A DNA stretch of 62,562 bases, filler included, from Sphacelaria rigidula (GCA_964200075.2; 9 parts of 9 records of this genome joined end to end with filler, not necessarily neighbours in it); one strand, 5' to 3'. Positions 26,440 through 38,939 are shown, numbered from the whole stretch's first letter. Numbers and translations are program-made. The notes: generated by a model from the sequence alone, not told the origin.

Positions 26440-27465
26440 TGGCGAACACCCCAAATACACTCATTCGCAAAACTTTACGCAGGTTTCGAAGTTGAGACCC
26501 TGAAAAATTGTGCACATGTACCTTAGGCCATTAGGAAACGTTCTGAGGATTTTTTTACTATGTCGCCGGTTATCGGAGATCCCAGGATTTTTGGAATCTT
26601 CGGGGCATCACATACCGCTCTGGGACCCCCGATAACCGGCGACATAAAAAAAACCATGACCTGAAGTACATGTGTGCAATTTTTCGGAATCTAGCTGCAA
26701 ACACCTGCGTGAAGGTTGCGGAAATGTCCGCTGAAGTATCCCGTGCCCGATACAAGCTCTCATCTATTTGATTTTAGTATACAGCGCTTTTTCGACGTGA
26801 AAACGAACCCCTTGCATCAGTTAATCGATTTCCGCAACGACATATCGGGCGAATATTCTTTGGGCTAATCCGGGACGAATATATACATATGTATATTTGG
26901 GGGGGGGAGGGGGAGGGGGGGAGGGGGGGGCTTTCTGTACCGGCTTCCGGGAGTCTGGACACCTGAACCCTCGGAAATCGGTACGGAACGGAGGAAACTT
27001 CGAAATATTTTTCAACAGTATTTTTCAACAGTATTTTCTTCCATTTGGAGCACCAGCGCCCACCAAACTGCAAAATGTCAGGGCTATCGAACCTTCCCTA
27101 CGACAGTTGAAGGGAAATCGGTTCAGAGTCTTTATGGGTCCTTGGTGCATATCATCAATGGAAATTCAACGACGCTAAAACACAATATTACCAGAATACC
27201 ACGGTTTGATGTGTAGTTCGACCCCACAATAACCGTTTCCATTTTTCTTCTCCAGTTTAAATTCCTGAGCTGACGGTTACTCCGATTTGAAGAGTGTGAA
27301 GAGTGAGCGGAAATTGGGTTAGTATTTCCATTTTAAGAACAATTTGCAAGCCGCTGGCAGGCCGAGGCACCCTTTAGTCCCTAGCGCCACCGCTGCGGCC
27401 TTGAAGAAAACTCCGGCTATGTCGCCTTCTTTATTCGTCCATGGCCGTCAGTATGGCACCATATG
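26440..27465 (+). mobile_element. ~1-kb dispersed repeat (family P) with an internal ~240-bp palindrome
   Basis: Shares TGTACCGGCTTCC and TAGCGC(C/T)ACC..GGCCTT..TCCGGC blocks with 45720-46740(-) and 52725-53710(+); arms TATGTCGCCGGTTATCGG / CCGATAACCGGCGACATA. Confidence 0.7.
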
Positions 27466-29320
27466 CGCCTATTGGATAGGCATGGCGCAAGGGATCCGCT
27501 GAGGGTTTTTGGGGTGTTTACCGTGAACCAGCCTATATATCAGCTAAAGTTCATCCATCATGTGTTACTTTCAAGAAGGGGGCGGCGGGGAAGCCAACGG
27601 TTCATTTCTTGGGTAAATCGTGATATATGCACCCACCTCAAATGCGGGGGATATCAGCCGCCCCCTCCGCCCTTCCCCCCCCTGTGGTGAGACACCCATG
27701 AGGCAGTGTATACGCCGTTGCTGTATCAGGAAGTGGCGATACCAGATAATAANNNNNNNNNNNNNNNNNNNNNNNNNNNNNNNNNNNNNNNNNNNNTTAA
27801 TTAATTAANNNNNNNNNNNNNNNNNNNNNNNNNNNNNNNNNNNNNNNNNNNNTGATCATGAGTACACCCCCCCCCCAAAATCCCCTCAACGTGCGCAGAA
27901 ATCCCCTCTGCAGAGAGGATTTCAGGAGATGCGAAAATACTTCCTGAAATCCCCTTTTCAAAAGGGGATATCCGAACACCTCGAAGGGGAACATACGTGT
28001 CCGGTTGACAGGGTCACATGCAAAGGCTTACCACACAGCCTAACACAATCAGAGCTGAACCTAACGAACTTGGTAGCCCCGCAAACTAAAAACACGCAGC
28101 TCGAGCCGTAGCTGCTCATCAGCTGTGCACGTTGTGCGTGACATTGCTCAAATCTGTTCAGCATTCATTGAAAGATGATGATTTGTGTGAGACGCGCGCG
28201 CAGCCGCAGCACACGCTTGCAAAACGGTCGGCAACGACACGTTTTCGGTTGTTTTCGACGCGCATGAGGTCGCCACTCGTCCAAGACAGAACGGGTTTCC
28301 GTCAAACAAAGACTGCCGTGTGTAGAATAGCAAGAGCTAGCAGTGAAACAAGTTCGCGTGCGTGGTGGGTGTCTGTGCGTGTTTTTTCGGAGCTGGATGT
28401 GTAGGTGTTGTGTCGCCTTGATGTGTCTCGTGTGCGGCATTGCACAGACCTTGGTCCTGCCTGGACTAACGACCACTTCCAGACCCGTCGAGTTTCTGAA
28501 CCTGTGTGCAGATCTGGGTTCTAATCTTTACAAAACTTCTTGTCGATAGGACTCAGGACTGGTCGTTATGGGGCAAATCCCCTGTCAAAAGGGTCTGCGA
28601 AAAAGGGGATAATCCCCTTCGTTAAGAAGGGCCCTTATTTGAAAATATTGTCATCACTATTCTCCTGTAACAACCTCTCGACTAGTTTGAAGTTTGTGTT
28701 GACACGTACGGTACGATGCAATAATACGCTGCTCCATTGTGCAAATTTTCAAAAAAATATTTCGACACTTTATACGATAGCCCCCGAAATCAGCCCAAAC
28801 GTGTCACGAAAAAAAGGCCATACAGCGCCTGATATTGGGGTTCAGGCTGCATGAAGCGTCTCATGTGGGGTGTATTGGCGAGAACGACCCAAGCGTGGGA
28901 ATTCCCACCTGCTCGTTGTGCTCGGTTTCTTCCATTTCGATTTACGTGAACATTTTGCGTCCCCAAATCAGCCACTTTTGGGGGGGGCTATCGTAGAAAG
29001 TCGCTTTCTAGACATCGACGACGGGTGCGCATGGCACCGACACGCACAGTGGATATTGTGTACATCGTTGGCAAGATCTCGTCGAGAACAGGCGGCAGAT
29101 TCACTTCTTCAGCAGAGAAATCGAGGTCTGCAAAAATAATGCCAGGAGGAGGGGCACGACAAACGCCGTGTGATACCAAGTCCGCAAATATCGCAGTAGT
29201 CACACCGACTTCATACCTTCATCACTGTCCTCACACCCCCCCATCGCTCAAGACTTCCTCACCCTGCCCCCCCCCCCCTCCGCCCCTTCATCAATGCCCC
29301 ACGTATGTCGAAACCCACAG

Positions 29321-29731
29321 GCGACGACCACAGTGATGTCCTTGAGGAATTCTCGACAAGGAGACAAGGCTTCACCGGGGCCCACCCATCAAGCAAGTCG
29401 CCCGGCTGAAAAAGGCAGTCGGATAGGCGGCGCCAGCGCCAGCGGCGGCGGAGGGGTTATGGTCTTCAGCCAGGTGTTTGTCATGGCGCCGATTCGGTCT
29501 CAGGATGCGGAGTTGGTCTTCGATATTACCCAGGCAAACAATGCCTCGGGGCCGATACCGGCTTCGAGATCAGGGGCGGGGGGCGGGGAGGGGACAGCGA
29601 GTGGGACGGCGGGGGGAGGGGGAGGGCATCGCCGCTCTGGTGCACCCAAAAGGGTCGGGAGTTGTCGGGTGTCCCTGAGAGAGCTTGCCGACCAAAGAGA
29701 GCACGATCTTCCGCTCACAGTGCTGAAAAAG
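29321..29731 (+). CDS. Internal exon of a C2-domain-like protein (alternative donor at 29800; possible upstream exon 29012-29125)
   Basis: CAG/GTGAGG bounded, 137 codons; VFSQVFVMAPIRSQDAELVFDI...RVGSCRVSLRELADQREH follows the C2 beta-strand pattern. Confidence 0.6.
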
Positions 29732-31049
29732 GTGAGGCACGCAATCAAGGTAGCTTTTGAAAGGTACCAAAAGCTGCAAGGGAGCAGGGACAAGTTGACG
29801 GTGAGATATCTGACGCCCTTTCCGAAACCAGGACACGAAACGTCACGATATGTCTGTCCCTATATGGGTTGTTTGTCGACAGCAGATCATCATGGCTGTG
29901 AGTTTCAGTGGATGAAAAATGTAGCTAAATATAGGACGTGGGACTGGGGATGATACGTGGGGCTAGGTTTGGGGATTAGAGAATGTTTTGAGATAGGGTG
30001 TGGGGTGAGGGCACCAAGTCACGAGATGAGTCTCACGCGTCAGCGTTTGCTTTTCAGACCTAGGTTCATGAGACAGATCCAGCCGCGCCCTCAATATCCC
30101 AACCATACTGTACAGTATAGTACAGCACCGCGCGTTTAGAGCAGCGATAAAATGGCTTCCAGTACCGAGCTCATCGCCCCTCTCTCGGCTGTGAACGCCA
30201 CGGGCCCCTCGTTGTGCGACAGCGGTTGTAGGTCGAATGAGCTCACCGCTGGGGTTCGACCATCTAAGTGCAACATTCCTCATGCACTCAGGCTTCGAAA
30301 CAAGCGTCTGAGTGGCGGCAGAAATATCTGACCTCGGCACGTATACAGTGTCGGTGCAGCACAGCGTAGTGCAATTAAGAACGGCACAGCAAAAGCCACT
30401 GAGCTCAGTGCCCCTTCCCAGCTCTACAGGGTCTGGGCTATCCTTCGGGCAGCTGGGTTTGTCCTGCCATACGAGCTTACGTGAAATCACGAGGAGAAAT
30501 CTGCGGGAAGCTACCCTACCCGATGATACGTGTGAAACAGCACCGAACAAGTAACACGGGAAACGAGAAGACAGAGGTTCTACTAATCTAGGAGGACGTT
30601 GAACCCACCGACTGCATGAATAAGAAATACGTTATGACGAAGGGTGCCATCCAGCTATCAGGCATCGCGCACAATCAGATAGACCGTGCCGTTTCGGTTG
30701 CTACAATGTGACTCACTAGGCGTGCTCTTGAACATGCTAATATACCTCTTCACAAGAAGATGAGTTGATTGCAAAAGAAAGTAGACGGCAAGCTCGTTGT
30801 CGCCGCCAGCCTCATATATCCTAGCCAGCGCGGCACTGGAGACCATCAAATAGCTCCGACCGAGGGCTGTGCGATGTTTGTGCCGGGGCGAATCTCGCCA
30901 TGGTGGGTGTGAGGCAGCTTTCAGAACGCCGGCGGCAGGGTCAAAAAACAAAAACGCACACATACATTAATCAACGTTTGAGCGTTCGCATCTGCAAGCG
31001 TTTACCGTGATGTTTAGGTCCTACAATGACTTTCTGCTCCCCGAATGCT

Positions 31050-31239
31050 CGCGGCAAGGCCTATCAGGGTGGAGGGGGGTACTCATGCTCATGCATGCCA
31101 TAGTCATAAGACAATTGACCTCGCATCTCTTCAAAGCCGGGACGGAGCACGCTGGTTTTTCGCTGGACCAGGCTTGCACTCAAACCACCAAACGCGAAGC
31201 GCCGTGGTGTGTTCGGCGAGTGTTGCGGGGGGGGGGGGG
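31050..31239 (-). mobile_element. Family C 3' half, between C tracts
   Basis: Reverse complement CGTGCTCCGTCCCGGCTTTGAAGAGATGCGAGGTCAATTGTCTTATGACTATGGCATGCATGAGCATGAGTACCCCCC. Confidence 0.8.
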
Positions 31240-31500
31240 TGATATGGATACTGCACAACAGAAGTGGGAAAATTCGAGAAATAAATGTCTGTCGAGGACT
31301 GATCATTTGAACGATCGCGCTGATCAGATGACCTTGCAGCAATTACAGCCCCCTGCTGTGTGCCCAATCTACCGCCCTCCTGCAGTAACTGGGAAGATGA
31401 TTATGCGTTGCAAGTCTATACTAATACTATCCACACGTAGCAAATTGGGTGAAGAGAGGTGAGGGAGACGAGTGACGGAGTAGGGCGTAGAGCACTACTC

Positions 31501-31708
31501 TGTCACGCCTGCCTACGATCCAAAATCTACAGTCAGCGCACGATCCGCACAGCTACGATCATAGCTATCAAATAATAGGAACTCGGAACAATTGGTCCTT
31601 CTCCAATCACAAGGAATGTTCCCAGTAACCTCGCCAGAATAATCGTATACCCTGCAATTTTCCCGCTCATACTTCTGGCTTCTGTTTGTAGATCAACTAT
31701 ATCGAACA
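31501..31708 (-). repeat. Putative 3' LTR of the Copia element
   Basis: Minus strand TGTTCG...CGTGACA (TG..CA), immediately preceded by polypurine tract GAGGGAGGG (31709-31717). Confidence 0.6.
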
Positions 31709-34500
31709 CCCTCCCTCGCTTTATGGACTAATAAGCCAAAGTATGATCTTATTATCATCGAATAAACTACGCTAGATCGAACTCCCGACTATCATAGCTC
31801 ATCTCAAATGATGGGGTCCACCACAACAAAGAAAGGAAAACGGTGACTTCTACATCCTGCCCGAGAGAAAATCACGGTGCCTTTCGAAAATCTCTCCACC
31901 AATCAGTTTGGTTAGAATGTCCGCATGCTGTTTGTTTAGATTAAAGATACTTCGCAGATATTTCACCACTAGCAACCAACTCCCTGAGAAAATGATACCA
32001 TATACCAATGTGTTTGCTGTTGGACGAGCTTACGGGGTTTTCAGCTAAGTGTATCGCGCGCTTGTTGTCCTAAAAAACGCCAATGCTGTTTGACCCCAAA
32101 ACTGGGCGTTAGGAACTTCAGCATCCCCTTCACATATAGAGCCTACTTGGTACCGTCTGCCATTGCTACATACTCTACCTCAGTAGTACATAGGGTGACG
32201 CCATTCTGCGTCCTGGAGAACCAAGACACTAGCGTGCCTCTACAGCAAATAGCTACACCGGGAACGGAACGTCGGTCCTCTGCTTTATGAGCGTAGTCTG
32301 CGTCAACGGACGTACCCAAAGCAAACCGCAACTGAATACATCCTAGGTCGCCATTCTTCCTGAAAAGTAAACCTAAGTGCGACGTGGCATTCAAATACTC
32401 GAGTATCTTCTGTGCTGCCCTTCAGTGAGTCAGCTTGGGGCCATGAGAGAACCTAGCGACTACCCGAACTGCATTCGCGGTATCGGACCTCGTTGGGTTC
32501 GCTATCCACAAGCTCCTGGCGATCTCACGGAAGGGCACAACATCCACCACATTCTCCCCTTCGCTCGCATCCCTGAGGTCTAAAGAAGGGGTAGCGGGAA
32601 TGGGGCTAGTCTTTGAGACGTCAATACGATTTAGCACACTCCGAATGAACTGGGTTTGTATACTCCCTACACTACCGTTCTTCCCGTCTCTCTTCTGTTC
32701 ACTCCCCGTGTACCACTCTACCTCCCCGAGATGTTCAGTGGTAGATCTCTGATTGAGTGCACTACTACCTTAGTAACTTCCTCAGTAGCTGCTGTCATGA
32801 CATCGTCCACATGAAATACCATCATCGCCACGACCTCTGCAGCAACCCTGAGTCGAAACACACAGGGATCTACCAAGCATTACTCGGAACCACACCCTAT
32901 CAGGGTTGACGATAATAGTTGATACCATGCACGATCACTCTGCTTCAAACCGTACAAAGCCTTTTTAAGGTTGACTACCTCACCAGATACGGATCCATAA
33001 CCGGGGTGCAGGCGCAAGTAGATATCGGTGTCCAACTCCTACTCAATGAAAGCCTGGTCTACATCCAAGCGTCTCAAATCTCAATCTATCTTATATGTTT
33101 TAGCCGCCACTAACCTGTTTGACGTAGCAGATGCCGTAGGGGAAAATGTGTCGAAGTAGTCTACTCCCTCTACCTGACCATACCCCATAGCTACCATACG
33201 GGCTTCCTCCCGGTCAACCATATCATGTGAATCACTGTTCCATGTATACACCCACTAAGCGCCGACAATATTGCACCCCTCTGGAATGTCAGTCACGTCC
33301 GCGAACGTTTCGGCAGCCGTAAACCCATCAAACTTTATCCTTATCGCCTCCATCCACACATCCGAGCATTGTGATGATAACGTCGTAGGGTATGACAACG
33401 GCTCCGGCCCCGCTTCCTTGATGAGACATTTAGGGAGCTCGCCCAGCTTACGGGTAACCTCCTGTACCGCCAGCAGGTAATATATTTTTTCACCCCCTTT
33501 ATCGGGCCCTAGCATGGTCACGAGCCCAGATGCTTCTAGATTGAGCGCTCGCGTCTGCGCTCTGGTTCGCCCAAGTTCGACGCCATTTTCAGATTCAACG
33601 AAATTTGACTCGAGTTGTCGCGCCGCAGTCCGCGCTGCCCTTGGAACTGACACACTTTCGTCCGATGAAAACGAGTCGCTCTCCTCCACTGAGAAGTCGC
33701 CGTCGATACACAGTTTACTACTCACCAATTCTAAATAAACACCTGAAGAATCAGTTGTGTTGTCGGGGGCCGGCTGATGTTCATCGGCAAGAGAACCCCG
33801 CTCATCTTCGCCACCATGGTCTGCACTCTTTGTCTGAGATGTCACTCGACGCAGATGGGGTTTTCCTCTCGTCAGTAGCGGTAATGGAGTTGGTGGAGCA
33901 GAATCGAAATCAAGTAGCCCTCCCCGCTCTGAAGTCTTTCCCAGCTCCGACGTCCCTCTTAGCTGTGACTTCCTTCTCGGCTCCGACGCCCCTGCCAGCT
34001 TCGGCGAAGCTGGCTGCTGCAGTTGTACCGGCGGCATTATGATCGGCGGCGCCCCCCAGGTGACGTCCCTTGTCTCCACTACTCATTTGCCCGCGTCAGA
34101 AACCGTAATAAATCGCGGAGATGGTCGATGCCGGGCCCGAGGTAGAAGTCACTGTCGCACTTGGAGAACGACTTTTGTGGTCGGTTTCAGCGGCAATACC
34201 CTGGATAAAAATATGAGTGTGGTGATGTAGGTGCTACGTTGCCGTACCACATCTCGTACGGCGACTTGTTACCTGGGTTGGACGTCGTCGCGGTGTGATT
34301 CAGGGCGTCACGCGCCCAACAAATCGCCTCAAAGTCATGCGACGGTAGGAAGGGGGTACTCTGGGCCGTGTTTTTCACGGAAGTCCACGAGATTCGTCGT
34401 TGAAAGCAGCCAACGGTTGTTCGAATGCGTTTGCTCTCGATCAATAGCGCTCATTCATACTGCGCCACACCACTTTCACCTAAAAACAAGCGCACCACAA
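31501..34500 (-). mobile_element. Degenerate Ty1/Copia LTR retrotransposon (integrase end, RT, RNase H, PPT, LTR)
   Basis: Motifs ALNHTATTSNPGNKSPYEMWYG (IN); DYFDTFSP, KKALYGLKQS, DPCVF, FHVDD (RT); DRRSV..SWFSRTQ..TLCTTEVEYVAM, KHI..YHFLRE, HADILTK (RNase H); multiple stops. Confidence 0.93.
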
Positions 34501-34562
34501 GCGTTTTGGGTCGTTTGACGCACTTAGAGCCCATTTTTTCGTGGAGTCAAACACCTCCCCCT

Positions 34563-34715
34563 TGCTCCGTCTCGAAAGGGATGCGTGGTCAATGGTCAAA
34601 CGACTAAGGCAAGCAACAAATGAGTACGCCCCCCCCCCCCCCTCCCCCGGTCAATTGCTCCGTCTCGAAAGGGATGCGTGGTCAATGGTCAAATGACTAA
34701 GGCAAGCAACAAATG
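34563..34715 (+). mobile_element. Tandem dimer of the LINE 3' module
   Basis: TGCTCCGTCTCGAAAGGGATGCGTGGTCAATGGTCAAA..GACTAAGGCAAGCAACAAATG occurs twice, separated by a C tract. Confidence 0.85.
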
Positions 34716-35409
34716 NNNNNNNNNNNNNNNNNNNNNNNNNNNNNNNNNNNNNNNNNNNNTTAATTAATTAANNNNNNNNNNNNNNNNNNNNNNNNNNNNN
34801 NNNNNNNNNNNNNNNAAAAACCAAAAAAAAAAAAAAAAAAAAGGGGTGAGTGACGAAGTGTAACCCCGTCCCCCCTTTTTCCCGGGGGGTTCAACCCCCC
34901 CCCCCCCCCCCCCCCACCCTACCTGACCGCAGACACTTTGGGATCTTTACTGCAGGGACTTTGTGTGTGAAAATTTAAGTCACATGTCTATTTACCATCG
35001 CATTTACCGTTTTTAGTCAGACCCGCGGTCGAAATGAGGAAGATTCCCACTTGCACCCGCGCATGAAGAATGTCTCTCTGGTTAGAGAGGGGGGGGGGAG
35101 ACGGGGGTTACGTCACTGCTGCGGCGAAGCGCAGATGGTACTATTGCTGTATGCTAGGAGAAATATACTTGACAGCAAAAATGACTTGAATTGGGAAAAA
35201 CAAGGGGTAACGGTATGCCGGGTAGAGCTCAACGAATCACCGGGAGAAAATAATCATGAATGTATATGTCAATTTTAACCGAAGATTTAGTACTGGGCGC
35301 CTGAACTGTTTTTTGTTCAGTTTTTTATTCAGAAGTTTTTTTCCAGAACTCGAAAGTGCGAGCGTCCGTAGATTTTGGTGAAATGATTAGATCATCCCCC
35401 CTCCCAGTG

Positions 35410-35887
35410 CCCCGGCTTTGTAGGGGCTTGACCCCCTATGGGGTTGGCGTCGGTTGGCGATGGCGCTATAAAACACGCCACTCACTGCGTAAGCTAGGCA
35501 ATCAGGTTACCGATTTTTTGCGCGCTTCCCCTTTTTTGCGGTAACCATGATGGTAGTCGAGCTAGATCATGTTGTGCGGCGTGGGAGAACCTCAACTCCG
35601 CACAACGGGGATGATCGTACTATTATACGTAATGTTTAAATGATGAGACACCCACGAGGCAGTGTATGAGCTGTGGCTGTCTCTGGAAGTGGCCACACCA
35701 GAAAATAAAGCAACTTATTGTGGGCTGTCATCCAAATGCAAGATAATCAGTGGGCTTCGGGCCGAACAATCGTAGCAGAATGCAGCTCACCCTTCATNNN
35801 NNNNNNNGCGTTCGGTAGTTTGAGTGCAAGCCTGGTCCGGCAAAAACCCGGCGTGCTCCGTCCCGGCATTGTAGTACACCCCCCCCC
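35410..35887 (+). mobile_element. Family C near-full-length copy (contains a 10-N gap)
   Basis: Colinear with 43962-44487; ends GTACACCCCCCCCC. Confidence 0.8.
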
Positions 35888-36604
35888 AGTGCCCAAGTTA
35901 GTGATGGTTGGTTTTATCGGGCGATACGAGTAGATATCTCGTTCATCAAGAGGGTGTTATTGACCGTGAATCACAGTTTTTCGGCTCCAGTGCATTGAGT
36001 AGGTAAAATTTCATAGAATCAAGCCTGTACATCTCTTCACAAATACGATCGGGACAGGCTCGATCGACCGAAAATACCGAAAAGTCAGAATCTGGACTGA
36101 AACGTGGCAGGACCCCCGATGACCGACCACCCCGTACGTCACTCAATATTGAGTACAATTTTTTTTCCCCCTTGGAATGTAGAGCGGATACCAGGTTTCT
36201 GCAGATCCCCAATGTGATTAGCCGTGACAAGCGAAATAGCCCAGGAAAATCGACCGTCACGAAGAAATGACAAAATGAATAGTTTAGGCACCCAGTACTG
36301 TACATCGCGAAAAATTGAAGGCACGGCTCATGCAGTATTTTGCAAAAATGTTACTTTTTGAGTATCACCATCATCCTATATCGGCCGCGTAACTGGGGGC
36401 GTATCCACCTTTTGAATTTATATTTGTGAATATCTACATGTACAAATCTACTGGTACATAATACAACGGACAGATCCAGAGGCAACCAAGGAAAAAAGAA
36501 GAAGAGCAGAAAAAAATAAAAAAAGCAGCCATTTTTGAACGGAAAAATTTCAAGGGTGCGTTGGGTAGGGTATTTCTTACATCAAGATATTATGAAAAAT
36601 CGTG

Positions 36605-37092
36605 CTCTTGAGGCTGCTTCTTGTGTATCAGGAAATGAATCTTGTCGAAAAGTGCATTTTTGGCTCTTCTCCGTCGTTTTTCCCCTGAAAAGAGGGCTAG
36701 GCGGGCGTTGACACCTTTGAATGACTTTACTCTACTCGCTAGGGCCATTCCAGGGCACTTTTGCGTTTCCCGTAGGTCACGGTTCCGGTTTTGGTCAAAC
36801 TTGCCTTTTCAATAACAGTCAAGTTACCAAAAAAATGTCAGTTTCCCCCCTGTTTTTTGATAACGTGACCGTTTGTTATTGAAGATGCAATTTTGGCCAA
36901 GGATGAAACTGTTACCTATGGGAAACGCAAAGTTGCTCTGGAAACGTCTCGGCGAGTAGAGCAAGTCATTCCAAGCTGTCAACATCTGCCTCGCCCTCTT
37001 TTCGGGGGAAAAACGACGGGGAAGGGCCAAAAATGCACTTTTCAACAAGATGATTCATTTTTTGATACATGAGAAGTAGTAGCCTGAGTACC
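36605..37092. mobile_element. Foldback element / long-TIR MITE, arms ~230 bp
   Basis: GAAAAGTGCATTTTTGGC..CCGTCGTTTTTCCCC..GAAAAGAGGGC mirrored by GCCCTCTTTTC..GGGGAAAAACGACGG..GCCAAAAATGCACTTTTC; TTTGCGTTTCCC mirrored by GGGAAACGCAAA. Confidence 0.85.
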
Positions 37093-37372
37093 CAAAACAC
37101 TCTTGATTGATTGATTGATTGATTGATTGATTATCTCACATTAGCTTATTGCAACAATCCAGCGCGTGGTCAGGAGCAGCGAAAAAAAAAAAAACAGAAT
37201 AAGAAAGAATGAAAGAAATAGAAGAAGACAGAAGCAACAGCAACAGCAACAGAAAGGAAAGAAGAAAGGAAGCAGCGACAAAACCAACAACAACAACCAC
37301 AACAACAGCAGCAGCAACAACCCTCGGAACTTGTTTACCGGCTGGAAAATGACTTATCGTTGCTGCGATCAG

Positions 37373-37584
37373 GAACCAAGAGCGCGCGCGTGGGTGCCGC
37401 TCGCCGGATCTTTACTGGCGGTCCCCTGCTGGATAGGCGTGGTATCCAGCACGGATTTCTACACCTCGCTGGCGTTTCTCCTGGCGGAGTACATCGTGGC
37501 AGAGTGCTGGTTTGGCCCAACGGTGACCATCTTACAAGAAAGCCTGCCGTCATCAGTTCGAGGCGTTGGCCAGGGCGTATTCAG
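37373..37584 (+). CDS. Internal exon of an MFS transporter (spinster-like)
   Basis: CAG/GTGTGT bounded; EPRARAWVPLAGSLLAVPCWIGVVSSTDFYTSLAFLLAEYIVAECWFGPTVTILQESLPSSVRGVGQGVF has TM helices and the MFS PxxxRG motif. Confidence 0.85.
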
Positions 37585-37826
37585 GTGTGTGTGTGTATCT
37601 GTGTGTGATGTTCAGTAGTAGTGCCGCTGATACCTGGTAGGATACCTCGCACTGTAACAGATTAATGTTATATGCCGTTGAGGGCGAGGCTGAGGGTTTG
37701 GCCCCACGGCAACGATATTACAAGAAAGCTTGCCATCATCAGCTGGAGGCGTTGACCAAGGCGTATTTCGTTGTGTGCGTCTGTGTGTGATTTTGAGTGG
37801 TGGTGCCGCCGTTTCCCGGTAGTCTA

Positions 37827-38160
37827 CTGTCAACAACGTTTTCGTGAGATCGAGAGTAGAGCGCTGATCGAGAGTGGCTTCTTTCATTCGCTTCAACTTG
37901 GCCAATTTTTCATTCCGTGTGTGTGTATGTGTGTGTGAGTGAGTGTGTGTGTTTCCCTCCACCACTGGCGTGTGCTTACAGCTACACGTCGATACATTTC
38001 TCAGGGATATCTAGGGTATCAGTGGCAAGCTACTACAGAAAACGTATTGGGCCTCGTGGAGGGGAATTTCGGAACTGAAACGGGTCATTCACTCATTGAC
38101 CGCTTTTCACTCTCAATTGTATCCTCTACTCTCAATCTCACGAAAACCTTGTTTGTACTG
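37827..38160. mobile_element. Tc1/mariner-type MITE
   Basis: TIRs containing GTTTTCGTGAGAT(C/T)GAGAGTAGAG, flanked by TA; the same TIR sequence occurs at 55538-55602. Confidence 0.65.
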
Positions 38161-38474
38161 TACTGTACCGTACGTGGTACATCACTTATATCCAGTTTAG
38201 GGCGAAGCGGGGCCTTCGTATCCCCGCAGGTATAGTTATTTTCTGGGAAGTATCTGATGTTTTGTCCTTGGAACCGTTAGGACGTGAATAGCAAATAATC
38301 AGGGTCGTTTTCTGTAGGGTATATACCCGAAAGTAGGGTATTTTCGGCTGGGATTTTAAACCATACCGAACTGTGCAACGAGTATTCCGGTATGATCCGG
38401 AAGGGTATCGAGCCTTGTTCCGAACAGTCCGATAGGGTTCGGAGGGAGGTATTTGCCGATAAAACACCTCTTTC

Positions 38475-38726
38475 GTGTGTGTGTGAGTTGTCATCCCATC
38501 TATTCTTGGTGCCAGTGTCCACCTTTCGGTATATATGCGGGCACATCAGCCGGGGTCACACGGGAGGAAGGCAAACACAGAAGCTTTTTACTTTTCCAAT
38601 ATTTTGTTGAAGTACTTCACCTTCCTTCTGCGGTGCTTGCCTTCTTTTCTTTTCTTTTTCGCGAGAGGGGTTCAGCGATCCATTTCACTCGTGGACCGTG
38701 AAGTCGAAATATTGTGTGTACCCACA
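38475..38726 (-). mobile_element. SINE family A, 5'-truncated
   Basis: Body and (CA)n tail homologous to the other copies. Confidence 0.75.
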
Positions 38727-38939
38727 TATACCCCAATTTTAGCCGGTAAAACACCCTACGGAACACAATCCTTGCGAAATAGTTATTCGTTGAAACTCTC
38801 GACGCGGTGTGGAAGTAGTGTTGGCCCGATCCGCGATACAGACTTCGAGTGATTCATATGATTGATCGCCACACATGCAAAGATTCCCGCGGGGATCCCG
38901 CCGTGGTCATTAGATACAAAGATAGATGTACTCGAGGAG

